Shown here piece by piece: positions 9,472-18,734 of a DNA stretch of 64,000 bases. Positions within the stretch are counted from its first letter, which is position 1, and every line of letters begins with the position of its first letter. Below the pieces are notes generated by a model, which saw only the letters and a list, made by a program, of their open reading frames with translations, did not search any database and was not told where the DNA came from. A program made the position numbers and the translations under genes. This stretch comes from an uncultured Candidatus Saccharibacteria bacterium (lineage in GTDB: Bacteria; Patescibacteriota; Minisyncoccia; Phycocordibacterales; UBA918): contig CAYNQD010000002.1 of the NCBI GenBank assembly GCA_964399295.1, forward strand, positions 27,859 to 91,858, read 5' to 3'.

Positions 9472-11424
9472 ATGAATGACAAACCTTATCTGGCCGGACT
9501 AAATCCCGCTCAACACCAAGCAGTTGTTACAACCGACGGCCCGCTTTTGGTTTTGGCTGGAGCTGGTTCCGGTAAAACCAAGGTCATAACGCACCGGATT
9601 GTTCACCTCATACATCAGGGAATAGCCCCTCATAATATTCTAGCAGTCACTTTTACCAACAAAGCCGCCAAAGAAATGCGTGAGCGGGTGGAAGCCTTAA
9701 TAAAAAAATATCCGCCGTCCGAAAGAGCGGCTTTTGACTCACTGCCTACCGTCACTACTTTTCACGCTTTGGGCGTGAGGATTCTTCGCGAGTACCACGA
9801 AATCCTTAATTTACCGCGTCATTTTACCATCTACGACCGCGCCGACAGTCTCAAAACCATAAAATCCGCTCTGGAAAAAGGTGATTATAATCCCAAAGAA
9901 TTTGAACCCCGAAAAATTCTCAGCAAAATTTCTAGGGCAAAAGGCGACGCAGAGACGGTAAGCGAATATAGAGAAGCCGCTAAAAATTTTACCGATCAGG
10001 TAACGGCTACTGTCTGGGGTTTTTATGAAGAAATTTTAAAAAAAGAGCACGCGTTGGATTTTGATGATCTTTTGACCAAGACATTATTTTTATTAAAAAA
10101 TTATCCGCAAGTAAAAAATGAGTTACAAAAAAAATATCAGTACGTTCACGTTGACGAATACCAGGACACCAACGCAGTGCAATTTTCCATTGCCAAAAAT
10201 TTGGTGGGAGAGAAACAAAATATCTGCGTGGTGGGCGACATTGACCAAAATATTTATTCCTGGCGCGGCGCGGACATAAAAAATGTTTTGCAATTTGAAA
10301 GAGAATTTTCCGGGGCCAAGACTATTCTTTTGGAAGAAAATTATCGTTCTACCAAAACCATCATCAACGCTTCCAACGAAATCATAGAAAAAAATAAAAA
10401 CCGCGTGCCCAAAGCCGTCTTTACCAGCAATGAAGAAGGAGAAAAAATAACCTTATATACAGCCATGACAGGGGTGGACGAGGCGGAATATATCGCCATG
10501 ACCGCTGATTCTTTGGTTAAGGGTGGCGTTAATCCCACCGACATCGCCGTACTGTATCGCACCAATTTTCAATCCAGAGCTTTGGAAGAAGCTTTCCTAA
10601 ATTATGGCGTGCCGTACCAACTTCTCGGCACAAAATTTTATGAACGCAAGGAGGTGAAAGATGTTTTATCTTATTTACGTTTGGCGCTAAATCCTGGTAG
10701 CACGGCTGATTTGGTGCGAGTTATAAATGAACCAGCGCGCGGGATTGGCAAAGTGACAATGCTCAAAGTGCTGGAAGGGAGGAGGTCGGAATTGACAGGA
10801 GCCACACTCGAAAAAGTCAGCCGTTTTGACCAGCTGATGTCGGACATTGCCGACGAGGCCCGTACCAAGCCTCTCTCTGAAACTTTAAAATTTATTATCC
10901 AAAGAACCGGTATCGAAACTGAATTAAAAAAGAATGGCACCGAAGACGATCTGTCTCGACTGGAAAACCTGCGGGAACTGGTTACTTTGGGCCAGCGTTA
11001 TGATGATATGGACCCGGAAGCGGCCATTGAGAGCCTACTTGAAACCGCCAGTCTGCAAAGCGATCAGGACGAATTGAAAGACAAAGAGGAATACGACGCC
11101 GTCCGCCTGATGACCATTCACGCCGCCAAAGGTCTGGAATTTGCTTACGTTTTTATTTCCGGTTTGGAGGAAGGTCTGTTTCCACACGAACGTCTGGACG
11201 ACACAGGAATTGACCACGAGGAAGAAAGGCGGCTTTTTTACGTGGCTTTGACCAGAGCCAGCAAAAAACTATTCTTGACTTACGCTCATTTGCGTACTAT
11301 TTATGGCAGTCAGCGGGTTAATGTGCCCTCATCCTTCCTAAACGACATCAGCACGGAACACATAGAAACCGCCAATCCCAAAGGTGGTAGTTCCGGTTAT
11401 GAAACCACCATTTTTCTGGACTAA
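9472..11424 (+). CDS. pcrA: ATP-dependent DNA helicase PcrA/UvrD
   Basis: 650 aa. LNPAQHQAVV..LAGAGSGKTKVITHRI (helicase motif I), DEYQDTN (motif II), and C-terminal motifs V/VI (TIHAAKGLEF, YVALTRA). Confidence 0.9.
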   Translation: MNDKPYLAGLNPAQHQAVVTTDGPLLVLAGAGSGKTKVITHRIVHLIHQGIAPHNILAVTFTNKAAKEMRERVEALIKKYPPSERAAFDSLPTVTTFHALGVRILREYHEILNLPRHFTIYDRADSLKTIKSALEKGDYNPKEFEPRKILSKISRAKGDAETVSEYREAAKNFTDQVTATVWGFYEEILKKEHALDFDDLLTKTLFLLKNYPQVKNELQKKYQYVHVDEYQDTNAVQFSIAKNLVGEKQNICVVGDIDQNIYSWRGADIKNVLQFEREFSGAKTILLEENYRSTKTIINASNEIIEKNKNRVPKAVFTSNEEGEKITLYTAMTGVDEAEYIAMTADSLVKGGVNPTDIAVLYRTNFQSRALEEAFLNYGVPYQLLGTKFYERKEVKDVLSYLRLALNPGSTADLVRVINEPARGIGKVTMLKVLEGRRSELTGATLEKVSRFDQLMSDIADEARTKPLSETLKFIIQRTGIETELKKNGTEDDLSRLENLRELVTLGQRYDDMDPEAAIESLLETASLQSDQDELKDKEEYDAVRLMTIHAAKGLEFAYVFISGLEEGLFPHERLDDTGIDHEEERRLFYVALTRASKKLFLTYAHLRTIYGSQRVNVPSSFLNDISTEHIETANPKGGSSGYETTIFLD

Positions 11425-11426
11425 TA

Positions 11427-12266
11427 ATGTATGTTCAAAATATGAGAAAAAGTCGGAGTGAAATTGATGATAAAGAAAAGTTTGTTCACAAGAAATCCTT
11501 GGGGCAAAACTTTTTGACCAGTGATGTGGTACCAAACTGGATGTGTGAGGCCGGGGAGGTGAGGGCTGGGGATACCGTTTTAGAAATTGGCCCCGGCACC
11601 GGCATGTTGACCAAGGCTATTTTGGCCAGAGGAGCCAGAGTAATCGCCATCGAAGCGGACGAAAGAGCTGTCGAGAGCCTTAATAACACCTTTTCCGACT
11701 TTATTAAAACCAAGCAACTAGTCATTCATCACGGCGACGCCAGAAAAATCACCCCTGAAAATTTAGGCCTAAAAAATCACAGCTTTAAGATTGTCGCTAA
11801 TATTCCTTATTATTTATCAGGTTTTTTACTGCGTTTATCCCTGGAAAACAAAATTCAGCCGCAAAATTTAACCTTCTTAATACAAAAAGAATTGGCCCAC
11901 CGCATTGCCAGAGATAAAAAAGAATCATTGTTGTCATTGTCAGTAAAGGTTTTTGGGCAACCGACCTACGTAAAAACAGTTACCAAAGGGCACTTCAACC
12001 CACAGCCAAAAGTCGATTCAGCGATTTTGCATATAAGTAACATCAACAATAATAATTTTGAAAATCTATCGAAAGAAACTTTCTTTAAAATTATCCATCT
12101 GGGCTTGGGAAATAAGCGCAAACAACTCCTTAGTAACTTAAGTCGTGATTATGACCGCGAAAATTTAACAAAAATTTTCCAACAATTAAACTTGCCGCTC
12201 GACCGCAGAGGAGAAGATTTGTCGCTTCAAGACTGGATACGATTGGTAAAAAACCTGGAAAACTAA
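11427..12266 (+). CDS. rsmA: 16S rRNA (adenine1518/1519-N6)-dimethyltransferase RsmA/KsgA
   Basis: KKSLGQNFL...VLEIGPGTGMLTKAIL...IVANIPYYLS are classic KsgA motifs. Confidence 0.9.
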   Translation: MYVQNMRKSRSEIDDKEKFVHKKSLGQNFLTSDVVPNWMCEAGEVRAGDTVLEIGPGTGMLTKAILARGARVIAIEADERAVESLNNTFSDFIKTKQLVIHHGDARKITPENLGLKNHSFKIVANIPYYLSGFLLRLSLENKIQPQNLTFLIQKELAHRIARDKKESLLSLSVKVFGQPTYVKTVTKGHFNPQPKVDSAILHISNINNNNFENLSKETFFKIIHLGLGNKRKQLLSNLSRDYDRENLTKIFQQLNLPLDRRGEDLSLQDWIRLVKNLEN

Positions 12267-12361
12267 TCTCTGTCTGGTTTCATCTAAAATTGTCTACATA
12301 ATATACACAGGTAGCTGTAAAGTTATACACTGATGTTATCTACACCTGATATAATGTTTCT

Positions 12362-13267
12362 ATGACGCAGAAATTTGATTCTAAAATTCTCGGGGCTTTT
12401 CTGATTGGTTTTGCTTTGGTTGCAGGCACGATTGTCATCAACAACCTGAATCGAACAGTTGTAGAATCTACAGACACAGACAGCACCGCTCTGGTGGCTA
12501 TCAATCAGGCTCCGCCACGAGTCTTGATTCCGGTAAAAGATTCAAACAACGACGGCCTTGAGGATTGGCAGGAGGAGTTTGTTAGCGCCAGCAAGATAGT
12601 ATTGTCTACCAGTTCGGAAGAATACACGCCTCCCGATACCGTTACCGGCCAATTGGGTACGGCCCTGATGCACAAGCTCCTATCTTCAAAGGTATATGCT
12701 CCGTTTGGTTCCAGTCCGGATCAAATCGTTGATGATTTGGTAAAAAACCTAAGCGCGCACGGCTCTGATAAAATCTATAACACCAGAGATATCACCATCA
12801 CTGATGACACTTCAAAAGAGGCGATACGTGTTTATGGCAATGCCTTAGCCTTAGCTATTTTAAACAACGGAATTGAGGGTACGGATAGCGAGCTATTCAT
12901 TTTGCAAAGAATCATTCACAATAATGATGCGGAGGGTATAGAAAGACTGGTGTTATTGGCAAAAATGTATCAAGACACCCGTGACGACACTATAAAAATA
13001 CCGGTACCAAGAACTTTCACCAAACAACACCTTGACCTAATCAACGTCTACAACGCTCTTTACGTAGACGTTGATTATATGTCAAAACTAACCGAAGATC
13101 CGGCTTTGTCCTTAATCAGAATTAAACGCTATGAAGACGACGCCAAAGGCTTATCTTTAGCCTTGCAAAATATATACCGTTCATTAGAACCACACACCGA
13201 TGCTTTTTCAATCGACGATCCGGCTGTTTTTTTTGTTAATTTTAGCCCTGATTTTAATAATCAATAA
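12362..13267 (+). CDS. hypothetical N-terminally membrane-anchored/secreted protein (first gene of the T4SS-like cluster)
   Basis: 301 aa. N-terminal TM/signal (ILGAFLIGFALVAGTIVI). A candidate -10 (tataat) lies just upstream at about 12345. Confidence 0.5.
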   Translation: MTQKFDSKILGAFLIGFALVAGTIVINNLNRTVVESTDTDSTALVAINQAPPRVLIPVKDSNNDGLEDWQEEFVSASKIVLSTSSEEYTPPDTVTGQLGTALMHKLLSSKVYAPFGSSPDQIVDDLVKNLSAHGSDKIYNTRDITITDDTSKEAIRVYGNALALAILNNGIEGTDSELFILQRIIHNNDAEGIERLVLLAKMYQDTRDDTIKIPVPRTFTKQHLDLINVYNALYVDVDYMSKLTEDPALSLIRIKRYEDDAKGLSLALQNIYRSLEPHTDAFSIDDPAVFFVNFSPDFNNQ

Positions 13268-13271
13268 AAAT

Positions 13272-14807
13272 ATGAGCACTTTCCATACATTTTTACAAAA
13301 AGGTTTAGTCTTTCTTTTTAGTTTGTGTTTGATGTTTGTTAGCGTTTATGTTCCGCAGCAACACCTTAATAACGTCCCCTCAGCTGAAGCTGGACTTGAC
13401 GCTACAGAACCAACCCAGATTAGAAATGAAATTCAACTTTTAGCCGTAAACGCTTGGACCTACGCGACTTCCATAGCCGCCATTGCTTTGGAATTAAAAG
13501 AATCTTGGCTTGACGGCATTGCCTGGGCGTTTGCTAAGGGCGTTATTGCCACCATGACGCGTAGCATTGTCAGATGGATAAATTCCGGCTTTCAAGGATC
13601 GCCGGCTTTTGTCCAGGATTTGCAAGCGCATTTACTGCGCGTGGGAGATATGATTTTTAATGAATTCGTGCATGAGATTGGCGCGGCCCCTTATGTTTGT
13701 GGACCTTTCCGCTTAAATTTACAAATAGCTTTGAGTACCAGCTACCAACACTACAACCGAGCCGGCTATCCCAGGGGCACTCCGAGGTGTACGATAAGCG
13801 GAGTAATGGCGAACTTGGAAAACTTTGTCAATGGTGCCTTTACTTCAGATGGCTGGGATCAATGGTTTAGAGTCACTACTCAGCCCAATGTCTACACTCC
13901 TTATGGTAGTTTTTTGACACTCCGGGGCGAGGCCGCTCTTAGGATAGGCAGTACCCAGCACAACGCCGGAGCGATTTTGAATTATGGTGATGGCTTTATG
14001 TCAAATGTTGTTTGTAGCACCATATCTGCTGTTGGATTTGATAAAGAACGATGTCTGGTCTCGACTCCTGGACACGTTATTAGTGAAACTTTAACCCACC
14101 ATTTGGGAGCTGGTTTGGAAAGTTGGATCGCGGCTGACGAAATCAATGAGATTATCGGGTCTTTGCTAGGACAATTGGCAAATAGGGCTTTGAGCGGAGC
14201 AGCCGGACTGTTGGGCTTGTCTGGGGGAACTGGTTATACCGATACGAGCTATGCTGGTTTTGATCCTCTTAATCAACGCCCATTCGTGGAACAATTGGTG
14301 TTTGAGCAAGAAGGTACTTCTAGCAGCACTCTTATCGCTGAAGCCACAAGAATGGTGCAGGCCGCTACCGCCATGGAGCAAGAATATCTTGACGTAGCAA
14401 ATGATTATAAAGCAGTGTTAATGTTTAGGAATACACCTGCTTCCATAGCAGCAGCGGCTCATATAACTAATTCCATAGAAAACCCGAATTTCCCTGGATC
14501 ACCAGCTTACAACTTGGCTAGAATAAATGCTCTTGTTGATGGAGTTAATAACGAAACTATCAGTTATGAACATGCTATCCAGGAGTTCAACACTCTTAAT
14601 CTCCATACTTCAAATGACCTCTCCTTAAAGGAAGGTGAGTGGAATCTGCTGCTTAGAGATTTGATATCAGACCAAATAGCCAGAGAAGGAGGTGTCGGTG
14701 CTACATCAAATATAGCGGACCTTAATCAGGTACAGCTGCTTGTCAATAGCGGCAGAAACAGAGAGGCGGTTAAGTTATTTAGCACCTTAATACCTTTCCT
14801 AAACTAA
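13272..14807 (+). CDS. hypothetical large secreted/membrane protein (T4SS-like cluster)
   Basis: 512 aa from the ATG at 13272, in frame with the track ORF. N-terminal hydrophobic signal (LVFLFSLCLMFVSVYV), a second hydrophobic helix, and several Cys. Confidence 0.5.
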   Translation: MSTFHTFLQKGLVFLFSLCLMFVSVYVPQQHLNNVPSAEAGLDATEPTQIRNEIQLLAVNAWTYATSIAAIALELKESWLDGIAWAFAKGVIATMTRSIVRWINSGFQGSPAFVQDLQAHLLRVGDMIFNEFVHEIGAAPYVCGPFRLNLQIALSTSYQHYNRAGYPRGTPRCTISGVMANLENFVNGAFTSDGWDQWFRVTTQPNVYTPYGSFLTLRGEAALRIGSTQHNAGAILNYGDGFMSNVVCSTISAVGFDKERCLVSTPGHVISETLTHHLGAGLESWIAADEINEIIGSLLGQLANRALSGAAGLLGLSGGTGYTDTSYAGFDPLNQRPFVEQLVFEQEGTSSSTLIAEATRMVQAATAMEQEYLDVANDYKAVLMFRNTPASIAAAAHITNSIENPNFPGSPAYNLARINALVDGVNNETISYEHAIQEFNTLNLHTSNDLSLKEGEWNLLLRDLISDQIAREGGVGATSNIADLNQVQLLVNSGRNREAVKLFSTLIPFLN

Positions 14808-14830
14808 CGCAAAATAAAGACTTACCAAAT

Positions 14831-17056
14831 ATGCTTAAAATAATACTAAGAAACAAAACTACATATTCACTACTACTGTCGGTAGCCTGTCTCTTGGTGT
14901 TGTTTATACCCATGCTGGCTTTAGGACAAGCAGACGGTGGTGCTGGAAAAAAAACCGAGGACGATTCCCTGATTCAGAATCTGCTTTGGGGACTTGTGAA
15001 TGGGGTTTTTGGTTTTCTCGTTTGGTTGTCCGGCAAGCTACTGGATACCGCCGTGACAACTTTTGTAATCGGCTTTGGAGAATTGTACAACACCAGTGGC
15101 TTAGGTTTTGCGGTAGACAATCTCTGGCGAGTGGTGCGTGACATCTTTAACCTTACCTTTATATTTGGCCTTGTTTACATCGGATTCAAGATGATTCTAA
15201 ACAGCGGAGACACCAACGCCAAAAGGTTGTTAATTAACATTATTATGGCTGCCCTTTTGGTAAACTTCAGTCTGTTCTTTACCAAGTTTATAATTGAATT
15301 CTCAAACGTGGCCGCCACTCAAGTGGCCAGTGCCTTTGATGCTGGCGGTGGGGATTATCAGGTATCTGGTAAGTTTATGAACGCAATGGGTTTATCCAGT
15401 ATATTTGCCGATGACGGCAGTATGACTAACGCTTTTGGCACCAACACCGGAAATGGCTATACTTATATTTTCGGAACTTTATTCTTATTTATTGTGACGG
15501 CCTTTGCCTTTTTTGCCGGCGGTATACTTCTGATGATTAGATTTGCCGTTCTAAATCTATACATGATTTTGTCTCCGATTATGTTTTTAGGTTGGGTATT
15601 TCCTTCTCTGGCCAGCTATTCGGCTACGTATTGGCGCAGTTTCCTAGGCCGTGCTTTCTATGCGCCCGCTTATCTACTGATGCTGTATTTCTGTTTCGTT
15701 GTTTTCAATGAATTTGCTGCTGTAACTAGGTCTGGCAGTCTTTCCAAAGTCCTAACCGATGCCAATAGCGCGCAGTCAGATTTTGCCTCTACCATTCCTT
15801 ATTTTGCTATCATGATTATATTCCTTCTGGCTTCAATTGTGATTGGCCAGAAAATGGGTGCTGAAGGTGGAGCTTACATGGTATCAATGGGTAAAGGCGC
15901 GGCCAGCCGTGGCGGAAGAATGTTAAAGCGAACTGCCGGTGCAGCTACTTTTGGCCTAACAGCCAAAGCTGGACGACAAGTGATTGGAGGCACAGCCAAT
16001 AAGATAGCTGAAAGTAAAGGTCTTCGAGAATGGGCTGCAAAAAGTAAAGCTGGAGAGACACTTCTTAAAGGTACTCGTAGGGTAGCAGATTCTTCTTTTG
16101 ACGCTAGAAAGATTGGTGGCATGGGAACCGCTCTTGGAATTGGTGAGGGAGCCAAGAGTGGTTACGCTACTCAAATTAAAGAGCAGAATAAGGCCGATGA
16201 AGAATTCTCCAATTCACTAACCAGAAAAACTAGGGGCTACGATGGCAAACTTACCGAAGACGCAGCCAAAGCGGTAGATAAAGCCTTAACTGAAGATAAA
16301 GAATTGCAAGGACTAAGAGATTTGCAGGGAACTGCCGATAAGAATATAGAAAACCTCACCACCAAGAAAACAGACACGGAGAAAGAAAAGGCGGAAAAAG
16401 AGACTGCGATAGCAGAAGCTAAGGAAGCTGGGAATACAGAAGCGCAAGAAAATCTTGAAAAAGAACTGTCTCATCTTGATAAAACCCTAACCAATCTAGA
16501 CAAAGACATAGCTAACGCTAATCAAATAAAAGACACTACCGCGAAAAATATTGAAAATCAAGAAAAGAAAATCAGTACCAAAGCCGAGGCGGACTACAAA
16601 TACGCCGATCGAATCGCTTTCCGAGAGCATCGTCGTGAGATAGCTGAATCCTGGAGAAATAGAGGAACGCTTGGAGCCGGCATTGCTGGAGGAGCAGCTG
16701 GAGTAGGAGCAGCCGGTTTGATTGCCAGCACCGCCGGATTAGCCGCTTTACCACTGGCTTTGACAATACTTTCCGGCGCAGCCGTTGGAGGAGCAGCTGG
16801 AGTAGGAGCAGCCAGGGGCTACGCCGAAAGAAACGACCGAAGCGCCATGAACCTCATGCAAAGATACGGACGACAAGGAGAAGATATCGCCAAAGTAGAC
16901 AAGGCCAACAATGACTTAAAAGTCATCCATGACAGGCTAAAAGCTATAGGAGGAGAAGGGGACAAAAAACAAACTTCATCTGACTCCGACAAGCAAACTC
17001 CACCCCCGCCACCACCAAATCCAGGTACAGGTACGGCCTCTACACCAAACCCATAA
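14831..17056 (+). CDS. VirB6/TrbL-like polytopic membrane protein with extended C-terminus
   Basis: 741 aa. About 8 predicted TM helices in the first 340 aa. Then a coiled-coil region (aa 440-570), a Gly/Ala-rich hydrophobic stretch (GIAGGAAGVGAAGLIASTAGLAALPLALTILSGAAVGGAAGVGAA) and a C-terminal PPPPPPNPGTGT tail. Sits three genes upstream of the VirB4-like gene. Confidence 0.45.
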   Translation: MLKIILRNKTTYSLLLSVACLLVLFIPMLALGQADGGAGKKTEDDSLIQNLLWGLVNGVFGFLVWLSGKLLDTAVTTFVIGFGELYNTSGLGFAVDNLWRVVRDIFNLTFIFGLVYIGFKMILNSGDTNAKRLLINIIMAALLVNFSLFFTKFIIEFSNVAATQVASAFDAGGGDYQVSGKFMNAMGLSSIFADDGSMTNAFGTNTGNGYTYIFGTLFLFIVTAFAFFAGGILLMIRFAVLNLYMILSPIMFLGWVFPSLASYSATYWRSFLGRAFYAPAYLLMLYFCFVVFNEFAAVTRSGSLSKVLTDANSAQSDFASTIPYFAIMIIFLLASIVIGQKMGAEGGAYMVSMGKGAASRGGRMLKRTAGAATFGLTAKAGRQVIGGTANKIAESKGLREWAAKSKAGETLLKGTRRVADSSFDARKIGGMGTALGIGEGAKSGYATQIKEQNKADEEFSNSLTRKTRGYDGKLTEDAAKAVDKALTEDKELQGLRDLQGTADKNIENLTTKKTDTEKEKAEKETAIAEAKEAGNTEAQENLEKELSHLDKTLTNLDKDIANANQIKDTTAKNIENQEKKISTKAEADYKYADRIAFREHRREIAESWRNRGTLGAGIAGGAAGVGAAGLIASTAGLAALPLALTILSGAAVGGAAGVGAARGYAERNDRSAMNLMQRYGRQGEDIAKVDKANNDLKVIHDRLKAIGGEGDKKQTSSDSDKQTPPPPPPNPGTGTASTPNP

Positions 17057-17065
17057 TAGATAAAT

Positions 17066-17575
17066 ATGCCAAATCAACAATTACAAGAAAGAATACAAGA
17101 ACTTGAACCTCTCTATCGAGAATACATCTTGAGTGATGATATCGCGGAAATTGCCAAGGAATTTTCGGAGGTGCACGGGTTTGATGAGACAAACGCCAAC
17201 CTGCTTGAGAATGGAATATTCTTATTTATGCTGTTTTTCATAAATAAGAAAACTTTAGTGGACTTTATTGTCAAGAATTGTAGATTAGAACAACACGAAG
17301 CGGCGGTTTTGGTGGAGGCTATCATCATGTCTGTACCAGACAATATTCGCGCCATGCAAACAAAGACCAGTCTGGTGATTTTCTCAGAAACTGATCCCAA
17401 AGATACTACCGAAAAGGAGATACTAGAGACCGAAACCTCAATCGAGTACTTAAATTCCATACGCACCATGCCGGCAGATAAACAGCAAAATAATGAAACT
17501 ACTCACACCAGCACTCAATCCGCCATCTTGAATGACAGACCACCATTCTCAAACACATCACAGCCAAAACAGTAA
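17066..17575 (+). CDS. hypothetical small acidic protein (T4SS-like cluster)
   Basis: 169 aa, no TM, acidic. Confidence 0.4.
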   Translation: MPNQQLQERIQELEPLYREYILSDDIAEIAKEFSEVHGFDETNANLLENGIFLFMLFFINKKTLVDFIVKNCRLEQHEAAVLVEAIIMSVPDNIRAMQTKTSLVIFSETDPKDTTEKEILETETSIEYLNSIRTMPADKQQNNETTHTSTQSAILNDRPPFSNTSQPKQ

Positions 17576-17621
17576 TCTTATTGTTTGCAACAAATAGTTG
17601 CCTATACACAAAATAATAATC

Positions 17622-17650
17622 ACTTTTCGTGCTAAAAGTGTATAATGTAT
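17622..17650 (+). promoter_or_regulatory. candidate extended -10 promoter (tgtataatg) for the VirB3-like/VirB4 genes
   Basis: TGnTATAAT at 17638-17646, about 20 nt upstream of the ATG at 17668. Confidence 0.35.
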
Positions 17651-17667
17651 TTTGTACGCAGACAAAT

Positions 17668-18078
17668 ATGAGATTTGAAGTTCCACAGTTTATTGATATT
17701 GAAGATAAGATTTTTGGGCCTCTTACTTGGCGTCAATTCCTGTACCTAGGAGGCGGAGTAGGTATGGGCGTGGTTTTATTTTTCATAAATAAATTATTGT
17801 TTCTTTTTGTTGGACTGCCGTTGGCTATTTTGGCCGGCGCGCTGGCTTTCTACCCTGTAAACAACCGGCCGTTCTCTTTTTTTCTGGAAGCGATATTCAA
17901 TTACCTAGGCAGCGATAAGCTGTACCTATGGAAACAAAAAGATGAAATTATCCATAAAAACCTTTTTACCCCCAGCACGGTAGGCGGAAATCCTCCAGAA
18001 AGCCCCAGCCGAACAATCAAAAACACCGCCTCGCTCGCTCGTCGCCTGGAATTAGAAGCTATTCAAAAAAAAGAATAA
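17668..18078 (+). CDS. PrgI/VirB3-like small membrane protein
   Basis: 136 aa from the ATG at 17668. Short cytoplasmic N-terminus then two hydrophobic helices (LYLGGGVGMGVVLFFINKLLFLFVGLPLAILAGALAFY). Directly upstream of the VirB4-like gene, as for VirB3-VirB4 pairs. Confidence 0.5.
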   Translation: MRFEVPQFIDIEDKIFGPLTWRQFLYLGGGVGMGVVLFFINKLLFLFVGLPLAILAGALAFYPVNNRPFSFFLEAIFNYLGSDKLYLWKQKDEIIHKNLFTPSTVGGNPPESPSRTIKNTASLARRLELEAIQKKE

Positions 18079-18079
18079 T

Positions 18080-18724
18080 ATGCCAAAATCAACCGCTGCC
18101 ACCCAACAATTTGTCGGTATTCGTGACATTAAAGATGGAATAGTAATTCTGAAATCAGGGCAAATGTGTACCATTCTTTTGGCTTCTTCCGTCAACTTCG
18201 CGCTCAAATCAATTGATGAACAGCAGGCGATTTTGCAGCAATTCCAGACTTTTCTTAACACTCTGGATTTTTCATTGCAGATTTACATTCAATCCCGACG
18301 CTTAAATATCGAGCCCTACATTGAGCTTCTAAAGACCAGAGAGGCCCACCAAGACAATGACCTTATGAGGATTCAGCTTCGCGAATACATTGAATTCATT
18401 CAAACGTTTACCAATGAGGTCGATATCATGAGCAAGAACTTTTTTGTGGTGGTCCCGTATTCTCCGATACCAGTTAATATCACCAAAGGAATAACGTCAC
18501 TGTTTTCCACCGCTCCCAAAACAAACACGCCAACGGAAATGCGTTTTGAAGAGCAGCGCACTCAGCTGGAGCAGAGAGTGGCCGTGGTCGAACAAGGATT
18601 GGGGCGGGTGGGGGTACGCACCACGCCGCTGAAGAACGATGATTTGGTGGAATTATTTTATCATACCTACAACCCGATTGACCCCGCAGGCTCAGCTCCC
18701 ACCTTTAACAAAGCGGACTTCTAA
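18080..18724 (+). CDS. VirB4-like ATPase, N-terminal domain ORF
   Basis: 214 aa. FVGIRDIKDGIVILKSGQMCTILLASSVNFALKSIDEQQAILQQFQTFLNTLDFSLQIYIQS matches the conserved N-terminal domain of Gram-positive-type VirB4/TraC/PrgJ-family ATPases. Ends 10 nt before the next ORF. Confidence 0.65.
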   Translation: MPKSTAATQQFVGIRDIKDGIVILKSGQMCTILLASSVNFALKSIDEQQAILQQFQTFLNTLDFSLQIYIQSRRLNIEPYIELLKTREAHQDNDLMRIQLREYIEFIQTFTNEVDIMSKNFFVVVPYSPIPVNITKGITSLFSTAPKTNTPTEMRFEEQRTQLEQRVAVVEQGLGRVGVRTTPLKNDDLVELFYHTYNPIDPAGSAPTFNKADF

Positions 18725-18734
18725 TACCAAAACC

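Noticed and set aside
17066-17575. Assigning the small acidic ORF in the T4SS cluster a VirB8/VirB7-like role
   Set aside because: No TM segment or recognisable motif. Kept as hypothetical.
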